Notes: generated by a model not told the origin, from the sequence alone. A stretch of 37,749 bases of DNA from Nanobdellota archaeon (GCA_043812875.1 JBDRLS010000115.1:1-37749); one strand, 5' to 3'; positions 1 through 7,864 are shown, counted from the first letter of the stretch. Program-made: numbers and translations.

Positions 1-127
1 TTTTTCTGACGAGACCTGCCATATCTCCCTGTGATATACCTCAACAGTTATATATTGATGAAGAATTTCTTCGATGTTCTCGAAAATCTTTCGGATTTCT
101 CTCCCTAGATTATTAAAAAAGAATAAA

Positions 128-160
128 CCAGGTTGAAAACCTGGTGAGATTTGACGATCA
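128..160 (+). repeat. tRNA-derived fragment: an anticodon-arm-like hairpin (CCAGG-TTGAAAA-CCTGG) plus 16 nt. It is a partial copy of 235-267 inside the downstream tRNA.
   Basis: 28 of the first 32 aligned positions match 235-266. Three of the four mismatches are in the loop (GAA versus GAU at anticodon positions). No acceptor, D or T arm surrounds it. Confidence 0.6.
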
Positions 161-206
161 TAAGTACTTTAGATGAAATAGTATTTATGTGTTTTCCTTG
201 GACAGA

Positions 207-318
207 GCCGTGGTGGCAGAATCTGGTGATTGCGCCAGGTTGATGCCCTGGTGAGGTTTGACGATCTCATGCGGGTTCGAATGAATCCAATGAGACTCCG
301 ATAATCCCGCCCGCGGCG
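207..318 (+). tRNA. tRNA-Ile(GAU)-like gene with two non-canonical insertions (putative introns)
   Basis: Acceptor GCCGTGG (207-213) pairs with CCGCGGC (311-317), including one G-U; discriminator G318. D arm is GCAG..TTGC. Anticodon arm is CCAGG-TTGATGC-CCTGG (235-251). T stem GCGGG (271-275)/CCCGC (306-310) has its T loop TTCGAA..T split by 23 nt (282-304). There are 19 nt (252-270) where a 4-5 nt variable loop is expected. Confidence 0.7.
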
Positions 319-396
319 CCCAAAAACCACCATATTTCACAGCAAAGGACACATCCCTTGCACAAACCATTTAAACCCCCCTCAGTTTTTATATTT

Positions 397-1011
397 ATGA
401 AAAACATCAAGGCCATCCTCTTTGACATGGACGGCGTTCTCATCGACACAGGCCCTTCTTGGTTCCATGTATTCAACCTGGCTCGCGTGCATTTCGGATT
501 CCCCGAAGTTGACCTCAAAGATTGGCAGGAGCGATGCTGGGGGCTCACCCTCCCTGCGATTAAGGACACCTTTTTTCCCGGCATAACTGAAGAGAGACTC
601 CTCAGCTCATTTGAATCCAAGATGCATCTTTACTTCAAGCACGCGCTGCCTATGCCCCATTCAGTGAATGTCATCAACCGCCTGAAGAAGAAGTTCAAGA
701 TTGCGGTCGTGACGAATGGCACAAAAAAGATGTCTGATCTGCTCCTTCCGAAACTTGGAATCACTTTCGACGCTGTGCTTACATCAGATGACGGTGCAGA
801 GAAACCCTCACCAGACCTGATTATCAAGGCCTGTGAACTCTTGCAGGTAGCTCCGAAAGATACTGTCATGATCGGTGACGTTCCCGTGGACATGGAGGCT
901 GCGAAGGCAGCTGGCTGCATAGGCATCGGTTTTGGTATTGACGGCGATTACAGAGTAGAAAGCTTTTTAGAGTTATTGAAACTATTAGGTGAACATCATG
1001 GACCCCTTTGA
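397..1011 (+). CDS. HAD-superfamily phosphatase/hydrolase
   Basis: DxDG motif FDMDGVLID at the N-terminus and a GDxxxD-type motif (MIGDVPVDMEAA) near the C-terminus. ATG 397 is preferred over the upstream in-frame extension; an AT-rich TATA-like stretch lies just upstream. Confidence 0.85.
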   Translation: MKNIKAILFDMDGVLIDTGPSWFHVFNLARVHFGFPEVDLKDWQERCWGLTLPAIKDTFFPGITEERLLSSFESKMHLYFKHALPMPHSVNVINRLKKKFKIAVVTNGTKKMSDLLLPKLGITFDAVLTSDDGAEKPSPDLIIKACELLQVAPKDTVMIGDVPVDMEAAKAAGCIGIGFGIDGDYRVESFLELLKLLGEHHGPL

Positions 1012-2371
1012 TGCCATAAGCCCGATAGATTTCAGGTATGCCAACGAAAAGCTGAAGCCTCTCAGCGAGAATGCATTCATCAGTTATCTCGCCAAAGTGG
1101 AGCTGGCGCTCGTCGAGACTTTGGCTGATTACAAGATCTGTTCGCGCGAGGCAGTCGAACAAGTCAAGCAGGCAGTGGAAAAAGTCACTGCGAAAGAGGT
1201 CTATGAGGAAGAGCACCGGATAAAGCACAATATCCGCGCATTGGTCAATGTCATCCGGAAGAATGTCAGCGACGAGGTAAAGCCATATGTGCATTTCACT
1301 GCAACAAGCCATGACATCATCTGCACAGCCGATGCCTATCGTTATAAGCTTGCGGCAAAGGAGCTTGTCGTGCCATCACTTCTCGCGCTTGAGAAGGAAC
1401 TCATGCGCCTCACCCTTCAAGAGAAGGACGCTCTCCAGATCGGGAGGACGCATGGCCAGCACGCCGAGCCTATCACTGTGGGATTTGCCTTTGCCGAATA
1501 TGTTTCCCGGCTCGGGCAGCGCATCACTAAGGTGAAAGCTGCAGCTGAGGATCTCCGAGGGAAGATAGCTGGCGCTGTCGGTGCCTATAATGCGGCATCA
1601 TTGTTCTTTGACGAGCCTGAGGTGTTCGAGAGGGCAGTGCTGACCAAACTCGGGCTGAAGCCGAGCACTCACTCCACACAAGTCGTTGAACCAGAGTTTA
1701 CAGTGGATTTTGTCCACAGCCTTGTCTCGGCATTCGGGGTGCTCGCCAATCTTGCAGATGATCTCCGGCATCTGCAGCGCTCAGAGATAGCAGAAGTTGC
1801 TGAGTCATTCGGCTCAGCGCAGGTTGGCTCATCGACCATGCCGCATAAGCGCAACCCCATCAGCTTTGAAAACGTCAAATCCCTCTGGAAGGAGTTCGTG
1901 CCGAGGATGCAAACATTATATATGGATCAGATTACAGAGCACCAGCGTGATTTGACCAATTCTGCATCCATGCGTTTCGTCCCCGAGATCATCGCCGCAT
2001 TGGTGATAGCTGCTGATCGTCTCACTTCAACGTTAAGCAGATTGATCGTGGACCATAAGCAGCTCTCCAAGAACTTTTCCATGAGCAAAGACCTTATCCC
2101 TGCAGAGCCATTGTATATTGTCTTGGCAGCCCATAACCATCCAGATGCTCACGAAAAGGTGAGGGAACTTGCACAGGCATCCAGGGATTCCAACAAGTCG
2201 TTTATTCAGCTGGTGAAGGCTGATCCTGGCCTGAGACCATACCTCAAGAAGTTCACCAAAAAGCAATTGGCGGCAATAGAACATCCTGAACTTTATACCG
2301 GAAAGGCCTCGGAAAAAGCTGAAAAAGTGGTGACATACTGGAAGAAACGCCTGCTTCTCACTCTTGATTGA
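998..2371 (+). CDS. purB: Adenylosuccinate lyase
   Basis: Fumarate-lyase superfamily signature GSSTMPHKRNP and a PurB-like N-terminus SPIDFRY. An AGGTGA ribosome-binding-like site lies 8 nt before ATG 998; the ORF opens with GTG at 989. Confidence 0.9.
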   Translation: MDPFDAISPIDFRYANEKLKPLSENAFISYLAKVELALVETLADYKICSREAVEQVKQAVEKVTAKEVYEEEHRIKHNIRALVNVIRKNVSDEVKPYVHFTATSHDIICTADAYRYKLAAKELVVPSLLALEKELMRLTLQEKDALQIGRTHGQHAEPITVGFAFAEYVSRLGQRITKVKAAAEDLRGKIAGAVGAYNAASLFFDEPEVFERAVLTKLGLKPSTHSTQVVEPEFTVDFVHSLVSAFGVLANLADDLRHLQRSEIAEVAESFGSAQVGSSTMPHKRNPISFENVKSLWKEFVPRMQTLYMDQITEHQRDLTNSASMRFVPEIIAALVIAADRLTSTLSRLIVDHKQLSKNFSMSKDLIPAEPLYIVLAAHNHPDAHEKVRELAQASRDSNKSFIQLVKADPGLRPYLKKFTKKQLAAIEHPELYTGKASEKAEKVVTYWKKRLLLTLD

Positions 2372-2708
2372 GCGGCTTGACGATCAGGTACCACACACTG
2401 CCGGTGATGAGGATGGATGAGAGGATGAAGAGCAATGGATTGTCCATCTTCTGGTTGTTCGCGGATTCAAGGGTATAATAAAGGCTTTTGCATTGGACGA
2501 CATCAGTACAGAAGCTCTTTTCATCGAGTGTGCAGCAGACTTCCTTCTCTTCGCAATCTGAGGCTGCCTGGCACATCGCGCTATCTTCAGCAATATCTTC
2601 GACAATGGCATATCCAGTGGCAGTCAAATGATTTGACCGGATGAAGAACAGCGTTAAGGAGACTACGATGAACACAGCTAACATCTGTGTGGCTATTGCG
2701 TATTTCAT
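2358..2708 (-). CDS. Small Cys-rich membrane-anchored protein (N-terminal signal/anchor, C-terminal TM helix), function unknown
   Basis: Hydrophobic N- and C-terminal segments flank the Cys-rich core CQAASDCEEKEVCC..C..C. A consensus GCTTTATATAC box has its first T 30 nt upstream of the ATG at 2708. Confidence 0.7.
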   Translation of the reverse strand: MKYAIATQMLAVFIVVSLTLFFIRSNHLTATGYAIVEDIAEDSAMCQAASDCEEKEVCCTLDEKSFCTDVVQCKSLYYTLESANNQKMDNPLLFILSSILITGSVWYLIVKPLNQE

Positions 2709-2747
2709 GGGATAATCAGCACGCGGGAAGTATATAAAGCTTTCCGT

Positions 2748-3368
2748 TCACCAGCTCAAGGTCACTTCAGCCCCTTTTGAAAGCGCTAGCTTATGTCTGA
2801 CATGTTCCGGAGCGATGAATTCAATGATCTCTTTGGCATGAGAGGTTCTCTCCGGAAAGATCAATGCTCCCCTGATATCCTCGAGCCATGCTGCTTTGCC
2901 ATATACCGGACCGAATGTCCTCCCATTTTTTGTAAATCCTTTAACTTCCTTCATGACCTGCCCGGCGAGGAATGCCCGGAGCTTGTCTGGATTAACCTTG
3001 ATGTTTAATGTCCCCAGATAAGGGATGAAGGAAAACGCTTCCGAGAGGGATTCCTTGTAGTGCCCCATATAATATTTCCCTTCCCCTAAGCCGGTTACGA
3101 TCCTGCCTTTGAGCGTGCTGTTTTTTAAAAATAGGGATGCAAGCTTCTCGAATTCCTCCCTGAGCCCAGCCATGCCTTTCTCAGTGAGTTTAGCGGTGAA
3201 GCCTGCCGGGCTGGTTGTGAGAGTGATCAAGCCGGCGCTCTTGAGATCACCTAGTATCCTCGAGGCGGATTGCTGGGACATATTCAGTTTCTTGGCGAGC
3301 AAGCCGGTAGTGGACTCATATTCCTTAGAAAGCCCCTTGCTGGCAAGCTCCTGGAGCATCGGTTGCAT
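2748..3368 (-). CDS. ribK: Winged-HTH domain fused to CTP-dependent riboflavin kinase (RbkR-like bifunctional regulator/kinase)
   Basis: The C-terminal half carries archaeal RibK motifs (GLGEGKYY, YLGTLNIKV, PERTSH). The N-terminal ~70 aa look like a wHTH (LAKKLNMSQQSASRILGDLKSAGLI). A TATA box sits 30 nt before the ATG. Confidence 0.85.
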   Translation of the reverse strand: MQPMLQELASKGLSKEYESTTGLLAKKLNMSQQSASRILGDLKSAGLITLTTSPAGFTAKLTEKGMAGLREEFEKLASLFLKNSTLKGRIVTGLGEGKYYMGHYKESLSEAFSFIPYLGTLNIKVNPDKLRAFLAGQVMKEVKGFTKNGRTFGPVYGKAAWLEDIRGALIFPERTSHAKEIIEFIAPEHVRHKLALSKGAEVTLSW

Positions 3369-3403
3369 TACTTAAAAGAGAGTAGCATATTATATAAAGT
3401 TTG

Positions 3404-3805
3404 CTATAACCCAAGAGCCTCATCTATCTTCTTGGCGATAGCTCGCATATGTTCCAATGTCAGAGATATATCCCCCTCGATTTCATCGATCAAGGCTTCA
3501 AGGTTCTCCACCCTGATCAGGTAATATCCTTTCTCATGGATGACCAATCCTGAGGAGATCAGCTTGTTGATGTGATGCACCACTGTCCCCCTGCTGAGCC
3601 CTGTCCGTAATGCAAGAGTGTCAGAAGTGAGGGGAAGCTTATGCCTTGTCGACTTCAACAACTCGACGAATATCCGGAACAGGCTCTTGTCCTTGTCTCT
3701 CTCTGAGAACAAGCCGAGGCTCTGGCAGAGCCATTGCAGGTCATCATTGAGACTTGTTTTTACAGGGTGCCTCGTCCTGATGATGGTGATCCTGGTTGTC
3801 GGCAT
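3404..3805 (-). CDS. Small winged-helix transcription regulator; candidate autoregulated chaperone-operon regulator
   Basis: HTH segment LTSDTLALRTGLSRGTVVHHINKLISSGLV. TATA-like CATTAAAAAG (3827-3836, minus strand) lies about 29 nt before the ATG. The palindrome 3806-3822 abuts the start codon. Confidence 0.75.
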   Translation of the reverse strand: MPTTRITIIRTRHPVKTSLNDDLQWLCQSLGLFSERDKDKSLFRIFVELLKSTRHKLPLTSDTLALRTGLSRGTVVHHINKLISSGLVIHEKGYYLIRVENLEALIDEIEGDISLTLEHMRAIAKKIDEALGL

Positions 3806-3822
3806 GTTGATGTTAGGTCAAC
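3806..3822. promoter_or_regulatory. Operator-like palindrome GTTGAT-GTTAG-GTCAAC between the TATA box and the start codon of the wHTH gene
   Basis: 6-bp inverted arms with a 5-bp spacer. The only other copy of this architecture in the window is at 7308-7324, in the grpE leader. Confidence 0.55.
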
Positions 3823-3949
3823 ACAGCTTTTTAATGGTTTCCATCCTCCAGGTCTCATTTCTATTCTCAAGTAGGGAAAAGTTTAAATATCAAAACGTAT
3901 ATCAGTATACAAAAAAGGTAAACAATTAGAAAATGAGGAGGAATGCCCA

Positions 3950-5857
3950 ATGAAAAAAGCGTTTTTTGTTCTAGGAATATTTCTACTATTCGTCGCTGCG
4001 TGCGACACGAACACCGCCGGTGAGCGGACGTTGAATACTGCAACAAGGGATCCTGCAGCGTTGAAGTGCACGGATTCTGACGGCGGTCATGAGTATTATG
4101 TCCAAGGTGTTGTCGAGGCTCGTGGTGAGCAGAAGGTAGATTTCTGCAGCGGTCCTGTCGACATTCATGGTAATCAGAATCAGCTGACGGAGTACTTCTG
4201 TCAGAGGGATCGGATCATGTCAGAATTGTATACTTGTCCTGATGGGTGTGCTGAGGGTGCATGCCTTGAACCTGCGTTCAATGATCTTGCAGTAACAAAT
4301 CTATTCTTCGAACCTGCTGATCCAGAGTTAGGGGATCCTCTTGGAATCAATGGATCCATCTGCAATTTCGGTGATGAGCCTTTATCAGGAGAAATTATCA
4401 TTAGCTGCTCCATTGAAGGTCCTCTCGGAGGTTCTGGCGGCGGATATCCTAGGTATATTAACTTGCAGCCGCATGATTGCATCTATGCTGGTTGTGCAAC
4501 AACGGTGAATGAGCCTGGAATTTATACAGGCACCATCTCCATTGATCCTCAGGACATCCCTGATGATGATCCATTCAATAACAATATAAGCATCTCGGTT
4601 GAAGTCGAGGAAGTGAATGAGACCCATCTCGCTTGTATAAATGAACAGTGTCTTAATATGCAAGGTCCTGGCGTGGATGAGTGCAGCGGCCACCAAGATT
4701 GCTGGCAATGCGATATCCGAGCAACCCTGAATGAAGGAGAAACTGATGATTATTCATTCAATGGAAATTCATTCCACATCACTTCAGACTATATCAGCTC
4801 AAGCGGTGCACGCTTTATTGTCAATTTGGAAACTACGAACGTTCTTTCCGAAGGCGAGCAATTCACGCTCTATGATGATTCTGTCATCGGCACAATTGAG
4901 TTATTGATCCCTCCGAACGGAACGAACATGTCCGATAAGGTTGAGTTCTGCATTGACGTCGCGGTGAATGAGACAAATGGGACCTTTGTACATCAGGGTG
5001 ACACTTTTTACATTGGTGTTGATCAATGCCATGCTCAGATGGAGTACACAGGGAATAACAATGCAGAAAATTATGTGCTGCTAAAAGAATTGAGCACGGG
5101 TGTCGTCCACATGGTTTCCTATGAGGCTTATGAACCTCCTTATGGCGGTCAAGCAATTCTGACCCTTTACGGCATAGATTATCTCTTCAGATATGACGAG
5201 TCGTCACACACCCTTTATCTTGAATCGGTCCTTTCACCATGCGACCTCGGCGACGAGTTCGCTGTGAAGGATGATGTCTTCACCGTCGGTGTCGGCGAAT
5301 GTGCTGAAGATGTTGAGTATACTGGTTGGACCAACGCAGATGATACCTTTAGACTAAAAGTACTCTCAACTGACGTGACCTATGAGATCAACTACGCGCC
5401 ATTCCAACCGCCTTACGGCGGCGGCGGAACATTCACCTACAACGGTGAAGATCATGAATTCCGCTATAGAGAAGACAACCACATCCTCTACAAGGAAGAT
5501 ATCTACCCACCTTGCCCAGGTGGCAACGGCTCAAGCAACACCTCGGACACCACACCCCCTGATATCCTTCAATTTACAGGGAATAATTCAAATGTCAGCA
5601 ATATGATCCAAGGGTATCTCGGCGCGAGGGATGCGGAAAGCGGCATGAAAGAACTCCAGGTCTACATGAGGTTTAACGGACAAGGATCTTTCCACTTTGT
5701 GGACCATAACATTGCATGCAATGAACAAGCATATTGTTACTTGCATTTTACTTCTGCAGTGAATGGGACAAACACTTCCTTCGTCCAGTTCCAAGGAAAA
5801 GCCTACAACGGCGAATGGTTGGAGACAGTAGAATACCTCAACGTGATCCTGTCTTAA
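3950..5857 (+). CDS. Large secreted/lipobox surface protein: Cys-rich module, CARDB-like domain, two 82-aa tandem repeats, many N-glycosylation sequons
   Basis: Signal peptide with lipobox-like LFVAAC and a GAGGAGG ribosome-binding site. Cys-rich module CTDSDGG...CPDGCAEGAC. CARDB-like segment ending DDPFNNN. Sequons include NGS, NET, NGT, NMS, NTS and NVS. Confidence 0.85.
   Translation: MKKAFFVLGIFLLFVAACDTNTAGERTLNTATRDPAALKCTDSDGGHEYYVQGVVEARGEQKVDFCSGPVDIHGNQNQLTEYFCQRDRIMSELYTCPDGCAEGACLEPAFNDLAVTNLFFEPADPELGDPLGINGSICNFGDEPLSGEIIISCSIEGPLGGSGGGYPRYINLQPHDCIYAGCATTVNEPGIYTGTISIDPQDIPDDDPFNNNISISVEVEEVNETHLACINEQCLNMQGPGVDECSGHQDCWQCDIRATLNEGETDDYSFNGNSFHITSDYISSSGARFIVNLETTNVLSEGEQFTLYDDSVIGTIELLIPPNGTNMSDKVEFCIDVAVNETNGTFVHQGDTFYIGVDQCHAQMEYTGNNNAENYVLLKELSTGVVHMVSYEAYEPPYGGQAILTLYGIDYLFRYDESSHTLYLESVLSPCDLGDEFAVKDDVFTVGVGECAEDVEYTGWTNADDTFRLKVLSTDVTYEINYAPFQPPYGGGGTFTYNGEDHEFRYREDNHILYKEDIYPPCPGGNGSSNTSDTTPPDILQFTGNNSNVSNMIQGYLGARDAESGMKELQVYMRFNGQGSFHFVDHNIACNEQAYCYLHFTSAVNGTNTSFVQFQGKAYNGEWLETVEYLNVILS
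4997..5515 (+). repeat. Two in-frame 82-aa tandem repeat units inside the surface protein (aa 350-431 and 441-522)
   Basis: GDTFYIGVDQCHAQMEYTG...PPYGG...FRYDESSHTLY...SPC aligns with DDVFTVGVGECAEDVEYTG...PPYGG...FRYREDNHILY...PPC. Confidence 0.8.
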
Positions 5858-5878
5858 TTTTTTTTCTTTCCTTTTTTT
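5858..5878. terminator. T-rich tract between convergent genes (archaeal oligo-T terminator candidate)
   Basis: tttttttctttccttttttt lies directly after the stop of the + strand gene and abuts the stop of the minus-strand PIN gene. Confidence 0.5.
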
Positions 5879-6266
5879 ATTCTAATAATTCATGAGTTGA
5901 TAATACCTTCACTTCTTTCTGCTCCTTCAATCGTTTATCATTGCTCCAGATAGGGCACTGAAGCATAAGCGCGACGGCAAGATATTCTGCGTCATCTGGA
6001 TCGGGTGATATCCTAGTTGCTTCAGATAGAAATGCCTCGTGTTGGCTGGTGAAATGAATGCGAGAAATAATATCTGATGCGACATTCATGAACTCGAAAG
6101 GATCAAGTCCGGTCTTTTGTCTGATTTTCTCTTTATGACAATGGATTTCATCCAGGAGAAATTGAGGTGCAAAGAGTTGGAGATCTGAATCATATATGTA
6201 GTCGAGTGTTCTTCCCTGAGCGATCAGCGCAGCGATGAATATATTAGCGTCAATGACGAGCCTCAT
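5877..6266 (-). CDS. vapC: PIN-domain toxin (VapC-like)
   Basis: N-terminal MRLVIDANIFIAALI and later acidic residues typical of PIN. It overlaps the upstream small antitoxin-like gene by 17 nt. Confidence 0.8.
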   Translation of the reverse strand: MRLVIDANIFIAALIAQGRTLDYIYDSDLQLFAPQFLLDEIHCHKEKIRQKTGLDPFEFMNVASDIISRIHFTSQHEAFLSEATRISPDPDDAEYLAVALMLQCPIWSNDKRLKEQKEVKVLSTHELLE

Positions 6267-6483
6267 TAAGTCGTCTTTTATGCATCGCTTTATTTATCTT
6301 CCTTCCGATTTCCAAAGAATCCTTCTCGGTGAGCTTAGATTTTTCAACAATTTTCTTTAGGATTTTTAAATGCTCGATCTTTTCACGGATAGCTACTCTT
6401 GCAACCTCTGACCAATTTATCTCTCTGGATGATTCCATCTCTCTTTTAAGGTCATCAGGTACGCTGAGTGTTATTGTTGGCAT
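6250..6483 (-). CDS. vapB: Antitoxin-like small DNA-binding protein (VapB-like, ribbon-helix-helix-type N-terminus)
   Basis: 77 aa, reading ITLSVPDDLKREMES..NWSEVARVAIREKI. It is translationally overlapped with the PIN gene. ATG 6483 is preferred; the ORF opens with GTG at 6492. Confidence 0.7.
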   Translation of the reverse strand: MPTITLSVPDDLKREMESSREINWSEVARVAIREKIEHLKILKKIVEKSKLTEKDSLEIGRKINKAMHKRRLNEARH

Positions 6484-6581
6484 TGTTTTCACCTTATATT
6501 TAATTTATTTAATACTGTGTAAATATTTAATCTATATTAATCTTTCTATAAACAAAGTTCAGTAAGCGATTGCTTCCGGCC

Positions 6582-6596
6582 AAAACCTTTATAACC
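6582..6596 (+). promoter_or_regulatory. BRE/TATA promoter (AAAACCTTTATAACC)
   Basis: The first T of TTTATA (6588) is 31 nt before ATG 6619, which implies a leaderless mRNA. Confidence 0.6.
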
Positions 6597-6618
6597 AAGC
6601 TGATGCTTTATTCATCCT

Positions 6619-7215
6619 ATGAGGTGGCTGCTCTTATCAACAATCCTATTCTTCACAGCTTGCACCATAACCGGCAACGTCGTCAACGAACCAGTTCCTT
6701 TCTATTGCCACGAGTCTGATCCTGGCAAGGACTTCATGACCTATGGTGAGACTTGCTTTGGCGCCGACTGCAAGCAAGATTACTGCGAAGGCCGTGCTAT
6801 CGTCGAGCATTACTGCAAGGACAACACTATCCAAGAAGGCCATTTCACCTGTCCAGGTGCGTGCGAACACGGGCAGTGCACTGACAAGCGCTACGATACC
6901 GGCGCCTATGACCTCCATTGGCAGCCTCAGATGCCGCGGCCAGGAGAACAAGTCAGCATCTATTATGTCGTCAAGAACACTGGTAATATCGACCAGGTGG
7001 CGTCGTGGAGCGAGATCTGCATCACCGGCATGGGATGCATCAAGGAATCTGTCCCCAGGCTCGATCCAAACGAAGAGCATACCCACCTCAGGAGGATCAC
7101 ATTCCATACTTCTGGTGATTATGATGTCTGGTTCCGCACTGATATCAATGATGTCATCCCCGAGATTGATGAGACGAACAATGAGCGGAAGGACACGATC
7201 TTAGTCCGAAGGTAA
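6619..7215 (+). CDS. Secreted Cys-rich module + CARDB-like domain protein (smaller paralog of the N-terminal part of 3950-5857)
   Basis: Signal/lipobox-like FFTAC. Cys-rich module CHESDPG...CPGACEHGQC. CARDB-like end IPEIDETNNE. Confidence 0.8.
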   Translation: MRWLLLSTILFFTACTITGNVVNEPVPFYCHESDPGKDFMTYGETCFGADCKQDYCEGRAIVEHYCKDNTIQEGHFTCPGACEHGQCTDKRYDTGAYDLHWQPQMPRPGEQVSIYYVVKNTGNIDQVASWSEICITGMGCIKESVPRLDPNEEHTHLRRITFHTSGDYDVWFRTDINDVIPEIDETNNERKDTILVRR

Positions 7216-7265
7216 CCTCATAATCAGGATATCATTTGAATTTCTCTGTTTTTCTTCGTTATTCC

Positions 7266-7280
7266 AAAAGATTTAAATAC
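7266..7280 (+). promoter_or_regulatory. BRE/TATA promoter of the grpE operon (AAAAGATTTAAATAC)
   Basis: The first T of TTTAAATA is at 7272. The window's usual spacing predicts a transcription start near 7303, giving a leader of about 46 nt that contains the palindrome. Confidence 0.5.
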
Positions 7281-7307
7281 AACCTATGACTAAGTAAGAT
7301 AGATTTG

Positions 7308-7324
7308 GTTGACTTAAGGTCAAC
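7308..7324. promoter_or_regulatory. Operator-like palindrome GTTGAC-TTAAG-GTCAAC in the grpE leader
   Basis: Perfect 6-bp inverted arms with a 5-bp spacer, just downstream of the predicted transcription start. Same architecture as 3806-3822. Confidence 0.55.
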
Positions 7325-7348
7325 AACAGCATGACAACGTGAACTGCA

Positions 7349-7864
7349 ATGAAAAACAAACACACACCCCAAAAAGCGCTTGAAGAAGCGAAAAAAGAGC
7401 TAAGCCTGCTTGAATCTGCAAAAGACGAGATGAAAGATACCTTACAACGCGTCCAGGCAGAGTTCGAGAACTACAAGAAACGTATTGAAAAGGAATCAGC
7501 CCAGCGATGCCTTTGCGTAAAGGCGTCATTCCTGAAGGAACTCCTCCCGATTGTCGACAGTTTCGAGAAAGCATTGGAGCATCCGACAGAAGGAGAGGAT
7601 TTCATCAAAGGAATGGTTCTTATCCAAGACCAGCTTTTATCCATGCTCAAGAAAGAGGGTATCCATCCGATAGATACAGGAGGCAAGCATTTTGATCCCC
7701 ACCTCCACGAGGCCATGACGCACGGCGAAGGGGAGGACGGCATCATCCTGGAAGAACTGCAGAAGGGATACACGATGCATGATATAATCATCCGTCACAG
7801 CAAGGTCAAGGTAGGCAAACATGACACTGATAAAAAAGACCACCAAGACGAAAACCATCATTGA
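7349..7864 (+). CDS. grpE: Nucleotide exchange factor GrpE
   Basis: Coiled-coil N-terminal half (RVQAEFENYKKR) and a C-terminal FDPHLHEAM motif. First gene of the dnaK locus. Confidence 0.9.
   Translation: MKNKHTPQKALEEAKKELSLLESAKDEMKDTLQRVQAEFENYKKRIEKESAQRCLCVKASFLKELLPIVDSFEKALEHPTEGEDFIKGMVLIQDQLLSMLKKEGIHPIDTGGKHFDPHLHEAMTHGEGEDGIILEELQKGYTMHDIIIRHSKVKVGKHDTDKKDHQDENHH

Noticed and set aside
1-22. Possible 5' end of a minus-strand gene (ATG at 22-20, reading MAGLVRK..) with a TATA-like ATATATAAC about 25-30 nt upstream
   Set aside because: Only seven codons lie inside the window, which is too little to support a call.
185-620. Minus-strand ORFs 185-370 and 267-620
   Set aside because: They run through the tRNA-Ile gene and antisense to the HAD gene. 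They have no promoter spacing or motif support, so they are treated as spurious.
6646-7204. Alternative-frame ORFs inside the CARDB gene (6646-7107 on the minus strand and 6743-7204 on the + strand)
   Set aside because: The frame from 6619 carries the signal peptide, the Cys-rich module and CARDB motifs, along with a correctly spaced promoter.
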